Origin: Dehalococcoidia bacterium
GTDB taxonomy: Bacteria > Chloroflexota > Dehalococcoidia > UBA2979
NCBI GenBank assembly: GCA_965262725.1
Contig: OZ253555.1
Coordinates: forward strand, 2,592,001-2,656,000
Direction of reading: 5' to 3'
DNA length: 64,000 nt
Shown: piece by piece, positions 49,443-60,011 of the stretch
How positions within the stretch are numbered: position 1 is the first letter of the stretch
Layout of the letters: each line of letters opens with the position of its first letter
Translations under genes and position numbers: made by a program
The notes under the pieces: generated by a model
The model's database searches: none
The model's input: only the letters and a program-made list of their open reading frames with translations
Told to the model about the DNA's origin: nothing

Positions 49443-50194
49443 GGTCCGGAGGCTACGTCGGGAAGTTGGATGTCAACGGGGCCGTTGATGCCCGAGATGA
49501 TCAGGAGGCGCGTCGTCTCCGCCGCGTCGTCATCGAAGACCCGGCCGGCGATTCTCATCTGTCGCAACGTGTGCTCGGCCTCATCAATCCACAGGGTCAA
49601 TGCGATGGCGTGACCCGAGCCCACCCCCGTGATCAGGCTCGAGAGATCTTCGGACATGATGGTCCCATCCACGCGGATGGCCTGGGCACCCTGTACCGCC
49701 TCTCGACCGGTGATCGCCGCGTCCGTGATGACCGGCAGCAGGTCGCGCAAGATTTCGCCGACGCCCCCGAAATTGAAGGGCACCTGCTCCAGGGGCAGGG
49801 GGAGCCACGGCGCGTCCGCGGCGAACTTCATGTACGCCTGTTCGCCGACGGCCAGCATTTCGACTTCCGCGAATCCCAGACCCGGGGCCACAACATCCAC
49901 CAGCATTCTGAAGCTATCGGGGGATCTGATTTCCCCCTCCATGCTCTTGAAAGTCGTCCCGAAGAACTTTGCTCCCGTTTCCAATTCGTCGACCATCTGG
50001 AACTGTGCCGTCGACATCGTGGCGAGCTTCTGCCCGGCACTCGCAAGCAAGTCATCCACCGAGACAGCACCCGGCGTGGGACTCGGCTCAGCGGTGGACG
50101 TTGAGTCCGATCCACACGCGGCTCCTACGAACAGGACGCCGAAGGCCAACACGGTGAGGGCGAGACTGCGGAGTGATGTCGCGGACCGGTTCAT
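49439..50194 (-). CDS. LppX/LprAFG-like lipoprotein
   Basis: Lipobox GAAC; beta-rich body; ends PVDIQLP; overlaps the MFS start like lprG-P55. Confidence 0.75.
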   Translation of the reverse strand: MNRSATSLRSLALTVLAFGVLFVGAACGSDSTSTAEPSPTPGAVSVDDLLASAGQKLATMSTAQFQMVDELETGAKFFGTTFKSMEGEIRSPDSFRMLVDVVAPGLGFAEVEMLAVGEQAYMKFAADAPWLPLPLEQVPFNFGGVGEILRDLLPVITDAAITGREAVQGAQAIRVDGTIMSEDLSSLITGVGSGHAIALTLWIDEAEHTLRQMRIAGRVFDDDAAETTRLLIISGINGPVDIQLPDVASGP

Positions 50195-50583
50195 CCACTA
50201 GCTCCACGACCCCGTGGCTGGCGGAGTGACAGTCGTCTCACCACGAGAGGCGCTCTCCTCCACGTGAATCACCTGCACATGGTCTCCGCGCGGGCGGCGA
50301 TCCGATCCCATGCCCCCTGCTGCGGCCGAAAGGGCGGCCGCGAGCGACGCGGCAGTGGACGGTGCGCGTCATCGCTGCACGATAGTACCGGATTGCCGGC
50401 CCACGGAGCGGGATGCGGGAAGCTACCGGCCAACGGTCGGTCATCCGTTCCCAGCGGCTGCGAAGCAACGGCACCTTCGAGGCCGAGCGAGCACCGGAAC
50501 CGCGGCGGCTGGCCACCCCCCGGATTCTGAACTATAGAATGGCCTGCCATGAACCACGTGCTTCCCAGGCTGAGCTGGCTGAT

Positions 50584-51054
50584 CACCACTCCGACTCCTC
50601 AGTCCTTCCCGACAACGAGGTGAAGCCTTTGACGACGCGAAGCAATCATATCGAGCAGTACGGCGCGAGTCCGGACTACTATGAGATCACGTACATCATG
50701 CACAACCAGCAACCGTGGGCCAAGCAGTCTGACAAGCCTTGTCTCGTGACCTATAACCCCATTAGTCCCATCGATGAACGCTCGATCATCAAGAGATCGT
50801 GGTTCCAGCACATCGTCCATGACGTGCGGCACGTCGTAGTGTTTGTCAACCTATTCCGCTTCATTCAGGGTAAGAGGCGGACATGGCACTGCGGTGCACA
50901 TACCCTCATTAACAGTCAGGAGACCTGTCTCGTCACCGGGCTTGTCGCCGCGAGACAGATGGGTGCCGCCTACCCCTTCCAGGATCCCGCCGCGAAGCGG
51001 TCATTCAGCCACTACGGAAGCATCATGTACGGCTCGAGGTTCAGGAAGGCGTAG
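50584..51054 (+). pseudogene. C-terminal fragment of an FAD-dependent oxidoreductase
   Basis: HSDSSVLP, VTYNP, QGKRRTWHCGA, QETCLVTG..AARQMGAAYPF; no N-terminal FAD-binding motif. Confidence 0.65.
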
Positions 51055-51386
51055 GCCGAACGACGGGCTCTTGCGCTGCGGTGCGCCAGGCAGCAGATCT
51101 GACGAGAGCCGGGCCCCTTCCAGCAAAACGTCGGTCGACGCGGCGCGGCTTGCACGGGCCGAGACGGCATCCTCGGTGAGCCGACAGGATTGGGCGTCGC
51201 AGCGACAGTGCAGCGCGGCAGGAACCTCTGGCGCCGGCGTCGGCGTCGGCGACCCGGACGGAATGTGGAGTGCGGCGAGAGCACACCCCCTGAGTGCGAT
51301 TGGCAAGGGGTTCCCGTATCCTAGGTGTGCACTTTGGCCGGGAAGGAAGCCGCCTGCACCAGGTTCCGGGTCAGGAGTATCGACTG

Positions 51387-52433
51387 ATGCCAACCCGACA
51401 TGGGGAGCCCGCGATTGCCCCGTTGCCCCCGTTTCCGGAGGGCTGGTACTTCATCGCAAGCCGTCAGGCAATGCAGCAGGCCAAGCTCATCCAGAAGACA
51501 TGGATGGGCGTGAACATCGTCGCCTGGTGTGACGAGGACGGGCAGGTCTGTGTCGCCGAAGCTGTGTGCCCGCACCTGGGCTCCGCGCTCGGCCCGGACG
51601 CGGGCGGGCGCATCTGCGCCGGCCGGCTCGTCTGCCCGTTCCATGGCTTTGAGTTCGATACAACCGGACAGTGCGTCGCCACTCCCTATGCCGCACCAGC
51701 CCGGTCCGCGAGGTTGCGGACCTTCGTGACACGGGAGATTCTCGGTCTGGTCTTCGCCTGGTGGGGGATCGCCGGACGTGCGCCGCAGTGGAGCCTTCCC
51801 GAGGATCAGTCGGAGCAGGACCGCTGGAGCAATCACAATATCTCGACGATCCGCTTTCCCGGTCATCCCCAGGAGACGACCGAGAACGTCGTGGACCTGG
51901 CCCACCTGCGCTACGTCCACGGCTACGACAGCGTGGATCGCACCGAGCCGGTGACGGTGGACGGCGCCTGTCTCGAGAGCCGCTGGGACTTCAGGAGCGT
52001 CCGGAAGGTCGCGAAGATCGCGACCCTCACCCTTGAGCTCTCCGCCTGCACTCGTGCCTTTGGGCTGGGCTACTCGTTTGTGGAGGTCCACGAGCGCTCG
52101 ATCGGCATGGATCTGCGTCTGTGGGTGCTGGCGACGCCTGTCGACGGCACGCTCATCGACCTGTCGCTGGTCTCGCAGGTCCGGGAGATACGGAAGCCGA
52201 AGCGGCGGATCATAGGGCTGGGGTTTCTCCCGCTGAGGCTGCGCGCGCCTGTGATGAACAGGTTCATCGCGTCTCAGCAGCAGAGCGACGTTCAGCAGGA
52301 CGTGGTGGTCTGGAGCCGCAAGCAGTACGTGTCCCCACCCCGCCTCACCCGCTCGGACGGTGAGATCACGGCCTTCCGAGAGTACTGCGCGCAGTTTTAT
52401 CCCGATCCGAGCGATGACGGCTTACCTGCCTGA
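51387..52433 (+). CDS. Rieske non-heme iron oxygenase (KshA/Neverland-like)
   Basis: CPHLG, CPFHG, ENVVDLAHLRYVH, QDVVVWSRK. Confidence 0.9.
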   Translation: MPTRHGEPAIAPLPPFPEGWYFIASRQAMQQAKLIQKTWMGVNIVAWCDEDGQVCVAEAVCPHLGSALGPDAGGRICAGRLVCPFHGFEFDTTGQCVATPYAAPARSARLRTFVTREILGLVFAWWGIAGRAPQWSLPEDQSEQDRWSNHNISTIRFPGHPQETTENVVDLAHLRYVHGYDSVDRTEPVTVDGACLESRWDFRSVRKVAKIATLTLELSACTRAFGLGYSFVEVHERSIGMDLRLWVLATPVDGTLIDLSLVSQVREIRKPKRRIIGLGFLPLRLRAPVMNRFIASQQQSDVQQDVVVWSRKQYVSPPRLTRSDGEITAFREYCAQFYPDPSDDGLPA

Positions 52434-52899
52434 GGCTCGCTGTCGGCTGCCGCCGATCGGGCTTGCACGAGGCCGGTAGCCCTCACTTACCGGAGGGCGG
52501 ATGAGAGGATCAGACTCTCGGGGAGGGGCACGCCAAACCGCAGTCGCCAGACCTCGAAAGGCGCTGTTCGACGAGCACGGCCGTCGCGAGGCCGCGGTGA
52601 AGTTTCTCGAGACCGACTCACACCGCACGGTCGGCGGCGCCCTGTACCAGGTCGACCGGAACCTAACGAAGCGCGCTCGATGATGACACGCCGGACGCGG
52701 CTGATGGTGACGCTGGAGTTCGTGCTCGATCTGGCGCACGGCGACCCCATGCTCTCCATGCCGGACTCTGAGCTCGAGGCCGAGCTGCTGCGGCCGGTGA
52801 GGGAGGAGGACTGCCCGGTCACGCTAATGACGGCCGAGGGTGAGCCGATCGATTGACGGAACCGGCGCGACGTGGGCGCCGTCAAGCGCATGGCTTCCC

Positions 52900-52966
52900 C
52901 TACTGAGCGCCACCTGGCACCACCCCCGGAGAGCTGGTCCAGTTCGATTGCTTCCATGTCGGGCGG
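52900..52966 (+). pseudogene. IS481-like transposase fragment
   Basis: PGELVQFDCFHVGR, cut by IS256. Confidence 0.55.
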
Positions 52967-54381
52967 GTCATGTCCCCGCAAGTGGTGTCGCTGCGCACCA
53001 TCCTTATCAATTGTTAGCCGGCAGCCTGCAGCAGCACCTCCTCGCCTGAGTTAAGTTCACTCCCCGGCGGGGAGAGCAGCGTCATCATCGTCATGTAGCG
53101 TCTCCCCACGGCCCACTCGTCGTGCTGCTCAGCGAGCACCGCACCGATGAGCCGGATGACCGCTGAGCGGTTGGGGAAGATGCCGACCACGTTGGTGCGC
53201 CGGCGGATCTCCTTGTTGAGCCGCTCGAGGGGGTTGTTCGACCAGACCTGACGCCAGTGCGCCACCGGGAAGGCCGTGAACGCCAGGATCTCCTCCGCGG
53301 CGTCGGCGAGCATCGCCGCGGCCTCCGGGAAGCGCGCTCCGAGCTGCTCCACGACCCGCGCGTGCTGGGCGTGCACCTCGGAGGCCGAGGGCTGCTGGTA
53401 GATCGTGCGCACGGTCGTCGCCACCAGCGCCTCCGCGCTCTTCGGCACGCGCGTGAGCAGGTTCCGCATGAAGTGGGTACGACAGCGCTGCCAGGAGGCG
53501 CCGCCGAAGACGGTGGCGATCGCTTCCCTCAGGCCCTGGTGTGCGTCGGAGGTCACCAGCTCCACGCCGGAGAGCCCTCGTGCTACGAGGCCGCGCAGAA
53601 ATGCCAGCCAGAAGGCCCCGTCCTCGCTGGTACCAACGTCGATGCCCAGCACCTCGCGCTTCCCCTCGGCGTTCACCGCGGTGGCGACGACGACGCTCAC
53701 CTGAGCGATGCGGCCCTCCTTGCGTACGCGCTGGGTAAGCGCGTCGAGCCAGAGGTAGCGATAGGGGCCGGAGTCGAGGGGCCGGCCCAGGAAACTCGTG
53801 ACGACCGTGTCGAGCTCCGAGCAGATACGCGAGACCTGGCTCTTCGAGATGCCCTCGCAGCCGAGCGAGCGCACGAGGTCGTCGACGCGGCGAGTGGAGA
53901 CGCCCTCCACGTACGCCTGCTGGACGACGGCCAGCAGGGCGCGCTCTGAGCGGCGCCTGGGCTCGAGCAGCGCCGGGAAGTAGGACCCCTGGCGGAGCTT
54001 CGGGATCTGCAGGTCGATGCTGCCCACCCGCGTGTCCCAGCGTCTCGGCCTGTAGCCGTTGCGCCGGGTGGTGCGCATCTCGCTGCGCTCGCCGTAGCCG
54101 GCGCCGACCTGCGCCGAGACCTCCTGGTCCATCACCGCCTCGGCGAGCACGGCCACCGCTTCGCGCAGGAAATCGAGGTCAGCTCCCGATGCCTGCTTGC
54201 GGAGCAGCTCCAACACGTCCACGCTCTCTCTGACCACCGTTGTCCTCCTCCACGTTCGTCAGACCTTCGTGAAGGATGATGCGGTGGTCTCTTACGTCCA
54301 CCTGCATGGGGACCGTGTCGGTAGTAGGTCCCCCTGTGGAGACCGTCTCCCCGCCTGTGACACCACTTCCTGGGACGCTAC
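52967..54381 (-). mobile_element. IS256-family element
   Basis: Imperfect IRs GTCATGTCCCCGCAAGTGGTGT / GTAGCGTCCCAGGAAGTGGTGT; no clear target duplication. Confidence 0.88.
53014..54237 (-). CDS. IS256 transposase
   Basis: RNGYR, IPKLR, WLDA, SDAHQGL, QRCRTH, NPLERLNKEIRRRT. Confidence 0.97.
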   Translation of the reverse strand: MVRESVDVLELLRKQASGADLDFLREAVAVLAEAVMDQEVSAQVGAGYGERSEMRTTRRNGYRPRRWDTRVGSIDLQIPKLRQGSYFPALLEPRRRSERALLAVVQQAYVEGVSTRRVDDLVRSLGCEGISKSQVSRICSELDTVVTSFLGRPLDSGPYRYLWLDALTQRVRKEGRIAQVSVVVATAVNAEGKREVLGIDVGTSEDGAFWLAFLRGLVARGLSGVELVTSDAHQGLREAIATVFGGASWQRCRTHFMRNLLTRVPKSAEALVATTVRTIYQQPSASEVHAQHARVVEQLGARFPEAAAMLADAAEEILAFTAFPVAHWRQVWSNNPLERLNKEIRRRTNVVGIFPNRSAVIRLIGAVLAEQHDEWAVGRRYMTMMTLLSPPGSELNSGEEVLLQAAG

Positions 54382-54712
54382 TGCGTAGCACAGGCAACTA
54401 CGCCATAGCTCCCGTACCTGAGACGCTCCCCAACGATGCCTTGCATGAGGGTGGCGGTGGAACACAGGCCATGTGTTCCATGGAGGTGCTCACTGACCAA
54501 CCTAAGGCGCCTCTGGCAACACTTGGACGTTTCGCGTCTTGGCTGTATCCGCGCGCGGGGTGAGAGCCCTTGCACCGTCCCGGCTGCATCCTGGCTAGCC
54601 ATGGTTGCGAAGGAGTCAGGCACTGATCGCCGCTACGTAACTGGACTTTACGGCGAACGTTACAACTGGCCGTGGGGGCGACCGGCGCCACTTCCACCGC
54701 TTGCTCGGTAGA

Positions 54713-57199
54713 ATGCAAGCCATGGACCGCATCCTACGTGGACTGAGTTGGCTGGTTACGGCCCGCCCGTACGTCACTATCGCGGTCCTCCTCCTCGTTA
54801 CCTTCGGGCTTGCCGCGGGGACGACCCTCCGCGCGCCGATAGACGAGACTGATGGGTTCCTTCCCCCCGGAAGCGCCATCGTGGAGGCGTTGGACGACAT
54901 CGACACGCTCTTCGGGGAGTCGGGCGCGGTCAGTCTCGTCACGTTGATATTCCGCGGGGAGGCGATCACGCCCGACGGGCTCTCCCAGATGGACGGCTTG
55001 GTCGAAGCGATCGGCAGCGATCGGGGAGTGGTGGAGCTGCTGGCGCATGACGATCCGGTCATCGCTCCCTCGGCGCTGGTCAAGACCGTACTCCGACTGG
55101 ATGGGTTCGAGTCGGTCACGCAAGCGGAGATCGATTCCGCCCGCAGTATCCCCGAGGTCGGGGGGGCGCTTGCCGCGATGACCGGGACCGACACCGACGG
55201 CACGCCGGTCGCCATCGCCACGATCCGTCTGCTCGACACAGGCGACGACCGGATTCGAGATGCCGAACGCCGGATTCAGGAACTGACTCGTGCGAACGTC
55301 GGCTCGCTGCGGGTGACCAGCGTGTCGCCCGTGGTGATCGAGGACGAGTACCAAGAGGCGTCGCGGACGGGGATGCTGCCGTTCTACGCGACGGCGCTGG
55401 TGTTGATCGCGGGTCTGATACTGCTCTTCCTGCGCTCGCTTTCGGATCTGCTGCTGACGTTGGCGGGCCTCCTGATGTCGCTCATCTGGGTCGTCGGCGC
55501 GGAGGGCTGGCTGGGGCCAAATGGCGTGGGACTCCTGGGCCGTCCGAGCGGGATCTCGGCCATGATCCCGATCATCATCATCAGCCTCACGGTGGACTAT
55601 GCGATCCAGAGCACCTCGCACTACCGGGAGCAGCGAACGGCCGGCACGCCGGTGCTGACCGCCGTGCGGTCGGGATTGCACGCCGTGGTCGTCCCTCTGG
55701 CGCTTGCGGCCGCTACGACGATCGTGAGCTTCCTCGTGGGACTTCTCTCTCCTATCCCCGCGATCGGTGACTTCGGCATCGTAGCCGGGTTGGGCGTGGG
55801 GATGAGCTTGATCGTGATGCTGACGCTGATTCCCGCCACACGCGTCATTCTCGATCAGAGGAGCGAGAGACGCGGCACGCTGACGGCGCCGCGAGCGGTC
55901 TCGGAGGCGCTGCCCGGCATCGAGCGGCTGGCAGAGGTACTAGGGAGGTCGGTCACACGCAGGCCCGCCCCCTACATCATTGCCGTGTTGGCGGTAACGG
56001 TCGGGCTGGGGTTCGCAGCCACGGGGCTGGAGTCGAGGTTCAGTATTCGCGACGTCTTGCCAAAGGGCGGGGGCGTGCTGGAGGACATGAACACGCTCGA
56101 CGCGGCGGTCGGCGGCTCGACGGAGATCGTCAGCGTGCTGGTGGAGGCCGAGGCCACTGAGACCCGCACGCTCCTGAACCTGTACGACCTCACGGACTCC
56201 TTTGAGGACAATCAGCGACGCCCGAGCGCGGCAGCGGCCCCGATCCAGGCGTCGTACGATCTGCTCGTCGACGACTGGATCGACGACAGCGGCGAGCCCG
56301 GTGACAAGTTCGACCCGGAGCTCGCGGCGCTTTTCCGGGAATCCTCCATGGGACTGGAACTCGATGCAGGGCTGATGCAGGAGTTTCTCAACAAGCTCGA
56401 GGCGAAGGATCGCGCCATTCCGCGCCTTCTGGTCAACAACCCGGATGGCATCGACTTCATGCTGCTCCAGTTTCCGGCCTTCACGGATGATCCCGACGCC
56501 ACGAAGCGGATCCAAGAGGACCTCGAGGCGCTCTGGCTCGGCGACGACCGTGCCATCACGGCGACCTCCGGGGGTATCATGTCGGTGACCGTCACGGAAG
56601 AGATCACGAGCCGCCAGACAGAAGCGATCACGACGACGATCGCGGTGGCGCTCGGCATCCTGATGCTGTTCTTCTGGGCGACGCTCCGCCAGCCGGTACT
56701 GGCCTTCGCCGCCGTGATGCCAATCGTACTCGCCTTGATCTGGGTGCTGGGTACGATGGCGCTGCTGGGGATTCCCTACACGCTGGTCACGTCAATCATC
56801 ACGGCGCTCTCGATCGGGATCGGCGTGGACTACACGATCCACGTCATCCACCGCTACCGGGAAGAGTACTACCGCCGGCGCGAGCCCGAGGCGGCCGCGA
56901 TTCGCACACTCGCGACCACCGGCTCCGCGCTGCTCGGTTCCGCGCTGACCACGGCGCTCGGACTCGGCGTCTTGATCTTCTCGCCCGTGCTCGCGTTGCA
57001 GCAATTCGGGATCACGGTGGTGATCACGATCGTGTATGCGTTGATCGTCTCCATCCTACTGGTGCCACCGGCGATGACCATCTGGGGCGCGTACCAGAAC
57101 ATGCGGCTGCGCTCGATGGTGAGTCGGATGGCAGACGAGCTCGACCTAGCGATCGAGCAGGTGCACCAGCGTTACGAGCAGGAGCAGCCGTCGCACTAG
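54713..57199 (+). CDS. MMPL/RND-family transporter
   Basis: Two TM halves with SLTVDYAI and GIGVDYTIH. Confidence 0.92.
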   Translation: MQAMDRILRGLSWLVTARPYVTIAVLLLVTFGLAAGTTLRAPIDETDGFLPPGSAIVEALDDIDTLFGESGAVSLVTLIFRGEAITPDGLSQMDGLVEAIGSDRGVVELLAHDDPVIAPSALVKTVLRLDGFESVTQAEIDSARSIPEVGGALAAMTGTDTDGTPVAIATIRLLDTGDDRIRDAERRIQELTRANVGSLRVTSVSPVVIEDEYQEASRTGMLPFYATALVLIAGLILLFLRSLSDLLLTLAGLLMSLIWVVGAEGWLGPNGVGLLGRPSGISAMIPIIIISLTVDYAIQSTSHYREQRTAGTPVLTAVRSGLHAVVVPLALAAATTIVSFLVGLLSPIPAIGDFGIVAGLGVGMSLIVMLTLIPATRVILDQRSERRGTLTAPRAVSEALPGIERLAEVLGRSVTRRPAPYIIAVLAVTVGLGFAATGLESRFSIRDVLPKGGGVLEDMNTLDAAVGGSTEIVSVLVEAEATETRTLLNLYDLTDSFEDNQRRPSAAAAPIQASYDLLVDDWIDDSGEPGDKFDPELAALFRESSMGLELDAGLMQEFLNKLEAKDRAIPRLLVNNPDGIDFMLLQFPAFTDDPDATKRIQEDLEALWLGDDRAITATSGGIMSVTVTEEITSRQTEAITTTIAVALGILMLFFWATLRQPVLAFAAVMPIVLALIWVLGTMALLGIPYTLVTSIITALSIGIGVDYTIHVIHRYREEYYRRREPEAAAIRTLATTGSALLGSALTTALGLGVLIFSPVLALQQFGITVVITIVYALIVSILLVPPAMTIWGAYQNMRLRSMVSRMADELDLAIEQVHQRYEQEQPSH

Positions 57200-57248
57200 A
57201 GGTGAGGTGGGGAAGGATGCGGCCGCCCTCGTCGATGCTAGTCAGGCG

Positions 57249-59273
57249 TCAGAGGGGGAGTTCGTGCCTCTGCTCTGCGACCAGAAATCGAAGCTTCTTG
57301 GTTGGCGACATCGACGGGAAGCTGCTGATCGGCAGCTTCTGATCCCGGGGCAACTCCAGCCTGAAGTAGTGGGCGAGCATCAGCAGGTTGAGCGCCAGGT
57401 GCAATTCGGCCCAGCGACGGCCGAGGCATGTGTGCGTACCCAGCCCGAATGGAGCGTAGCCAGGGCCGACATGCTCGCCACGCGGGGACAGGTAGCGGTC
57501 GATGTCGAACTTGAAGGGCTCAGGGAACACGTCCTCCATGTAGTGCGAAGCCGCCTGGGCATAGTAGACGCGCGACCCCACGGGCAGCTCGTAGCCCTCG
57601 ACGACGCACGTGTTCATGACGTTGCGCATCGACATCGCCGCGATCGGTGTCATGCGCAAGGTCTCCATAACCAGGCGCCGGGTGACGTCGAAGCTATCCG
57701 GGGCGAGGTCCGCTGCACTCGGATCCCCGTTGGCAAACAGTGCGTCGGCTTCTGCCCTGACCCTCTCGTGGACTTCAGGGTGGGACACCATGGCGTACAT
57801 GGCGAAGCCGAGCTGATCGCCAAGGTACATGCTCGCGAGCAGCATCGTCGCGAGCGGGAAGTTCAGGTCCGACTCCGGCAGAAATTGAGGGTCGCTCGCG
57901 TGCAGGCTAAGGAAGTCATCCGCCAGATCCCGGGGGCAGCCGGCCCTCTGGCCAGGCGTATGAGAGTTCTGAATGCTTGACGCCAGCTCTTCGATCATCT
58001 TCGCCCGGCGTCGCATCGCTGGCGTGTGCAGCAGGAACCTGGGCAAGGTGCCCGCAACGTGGATATTCAGCGCTCGCTCCTTGTACTTGATGATGTCCTC
58101 GATCAGGGCCTGCGTTTCCGCACTAATCATGAGCGGTGATAGCTGCGCGTTCATGTACAGTCGGAGCATCGTTCCTGCGGAGATATTGTCTCCGACTGCC
58201 CACGTCGCCATGTGCGTCCGCGCATTCCCCAAGACCTCATCGAGGCGCCTCAGCACACTCGCCCGCGAGTAGGACGACTGCATGGCTTTGCGAAAGCGAA
58301 AGTGGTCGGCACCGTCGAGAGAGTGGATGGTTCGGGAGGCGCCGTACACTTTCTCCATGCCCTCAAAGTAGTCCTTGGACCGCAGGTACATCCGTCCGTG
58401 GCGGTGCACCCACTGGTTCGTCCGCGGGCCGGCGAGGACGATCATGCGCTCCCGAAATGGGAACTTGATGTCGAATATGGGACCGTACTCCTTCGCGAGG
58501 TCTGCGAAGAGCGCCGGCAGGTTGCCTCCGCGGGCATGCGGGTTGAGCACGAGCCGGAGCAAGGACACCCGCGGGATCGGCTTGGTCAGAGCGGCGTGCC
58601 GGAGTGCCGGGCCGGCAAGGTTGTGGGCGACCGCATCAACGATGGAACGGCCGATCAGATCCAACCTGCAGATGAGCTCAATGCGTTCCTCTGATTCCTC
58701 ATCAAGCGGGAATATGAAGCGCAAGACGTCGCAGGTATTGATGAGGGCGATGATGATGACATCTCGCGGTTCAGGAATCTCATTGTCGAAGATGACATGC
58801 CTGATCCGTGTCTTGACGAACTCAGCCGCGGTCCCATCCTGGGAACCGCTGAACATGTCCGACTTCCAGCCGGAGCGAGCGAGCGTCCAGAATTCGCCCT
58901 CATGGTGCTCCAGGAGCTTCAGTTCAACCAGGCGATCCAGGGTCAAATCAATGATCGACTCCGCATGAGGAGCGAGTCGTTCGATCCAGTACTGAGTGTT
59001 GCGCTGTACTGGCTCGTTTGCAATCTCCTTCAGGATGGGGTCGAGAATGGGGTCGCCCGTTGCGGTCTGATCTAGCAGAATCAGGGATTCCACGTCCGTA
59101 TCGATGCGGGACATCGAAGATAGTTCTGCGAGTGCGGCGCCGACAACGGCACAGTTGAGGTCCCAGCCGGGTACTTGGTGAAAGTAACCAGTCTCCTCGT
59201 TGAGGAGCATCAAGATGAGTTCTTCGGGCAAACTCAGCCGCTGAACCACCACTTCTTCCGTAGAGAGCGTCAT
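57249..59273 (-). CDS. GPP34/GOLPH3-like domain fused to cytochrome P450
   Basis: LSLPEELILMLL...GAALAEL...TGDPILD, then ETLR, FDIDRY, FGLGTHTCLG. Confidence 0.88.
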   Translation of the reverse strand: MTLSTEEVVVQRLSLPEELILMLLNEETGYFHQVPGWDLNCAVVGAALAELSSMSRIDTDVESLILLDQTATGDPILDPILKEIANEPVQRNTQYWIERLAPHAESIIDLTLDRLVELKLLEHHEGEFWTLARSGWKSDMFSGSQDGTAAEFVKTRIRHVIFDNEIPEPRDVIIIALINTCDVLRFIFPLDEESEERIELICRLDLIGRSIVDAVAHNLAGPALRHAALTKPIPRVSLLRLVLNPHARGGNLPALFADLAKEYGPIFDIKFPFRERMIVLAGPRTNQWVHRHGRMYLRSKDYFEGMEKVYGASRTIHSLDGADHFRFRKAMQSSYSRASVLRRLDEVLGNARTHMATWAVGDNISAGTMLRLYMNAQLSPLMISAETQALIEDIIKYKERALNIHVAGTLPRFLLHTPAMRRRAKMIEELASSIQNSHTPGQRAGCPRDLADDFLSLHASDPQFLPESDLNFPLATMLLASMYLGDQLGFAMYAMVSHPEVHERVRAEADALFANGDPSAADLAPDSFDVTRRLVMETLRMTPIAAMSMRNVMNTCVVEGYELPVGSRVYYAQAASHYMEDVFPEPFKFDIDRYLSPRGEHVGPGYAPFGLGTHTCLGRRWAELHLALNLLMLAHYFRLELPRDQKLPISSFPSMSPTKKLRFLVAEQRHELPL

Positions 59274-59767
59274 GCGTCCTGCTCCGTGTGCATCGTCCCG
59301 AAAGTGCAAGCCACGGTGACTTGCAACCAACGACAGTGTAGCCCCCCGGGCGGAGGACCGGGCAAACGAGGCGACCTGAGCGGGCATAGCAGCGTGCGTG
59401 TGTCCGGGTGGTACAGACAGGCGCTTCTCGTATGTTGGCTGGGAGTAGTGACCGGGTTAGCCACCCCATGGTCGTAACGGGTCAAGAGGGGAGCCACTCG
59501 TCTCGTCACGGGCCCCGTCAGGCGGCGAGTTCGGTGTCTCCGTCGCTTCGACTTCCCCACGCGGTCGCCTCGTCGCAGAGCCAGCGTGAGCGCAGGCAGT
59601 CGTGCTGGTAGGCGACCAGAGGCTTCCTGGGACGCTACTTATCCGTCTGGCAAATCTACTGCTGGCAGCGGGAGTCGTGGCGCTCGCTGCGGCGGGAATC
59701 GTGACCGTCCGCCGGCGCTCGGAGAACCCGCGGCCTTGATTCTGCGACCGGTGCGTCGCTTCTGCGC

Positions 59768-59849
59768 GCCCCTGCTCCGTAATGGCCCGCTCAGTGGACC
59801 GGAGTGCGTCCGGCAGCACCTGGTAGCCAGCAATCCGTATCTGGCGGAT
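59768..59849. repeat. Integrative-element end motif, copy 3
   Basis: 40-nt core identical to 14581-14620. Confidence 0.8.
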
Positions 59850-59923
59850 TGGCTGGGGACCGAGGATTCGAACCTCGACTTACTGATCCAGAGTCAGCTG
59901 TCCTACCATTAGACGAGTCCCCA
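59850..59923 (-). tRNA. tRNA-Gln(CTG)
   Basis: TGGGGACTCGTCTAATGGTAGGACAGCTGACTCTGGATCAGTAAGTCGAGGTTCGAATCCTCGGTCCCCAGCCA. Confidence 0.97.
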
Positions 59924-60011
59924 GCGCCCGTCTGAAGCCTAGCAGTACGTCTGACGTCGGTCATCCGCGCGGACGCTTGCCGCCCCCGTTTGCTCACCGC
60001 AGGCTGTCTCG

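Noticed and set aside
50510-50535. Possible IS3-type inverted repeat truncating the FAD oxidoreductase
   Set aside because: No partner IR or transposase, so it cannot be supported
51081-51091. GTGCGCCAGGC resembling a group II intron 5' end
   Set aside because: No continuing domain I similarity and no DV found
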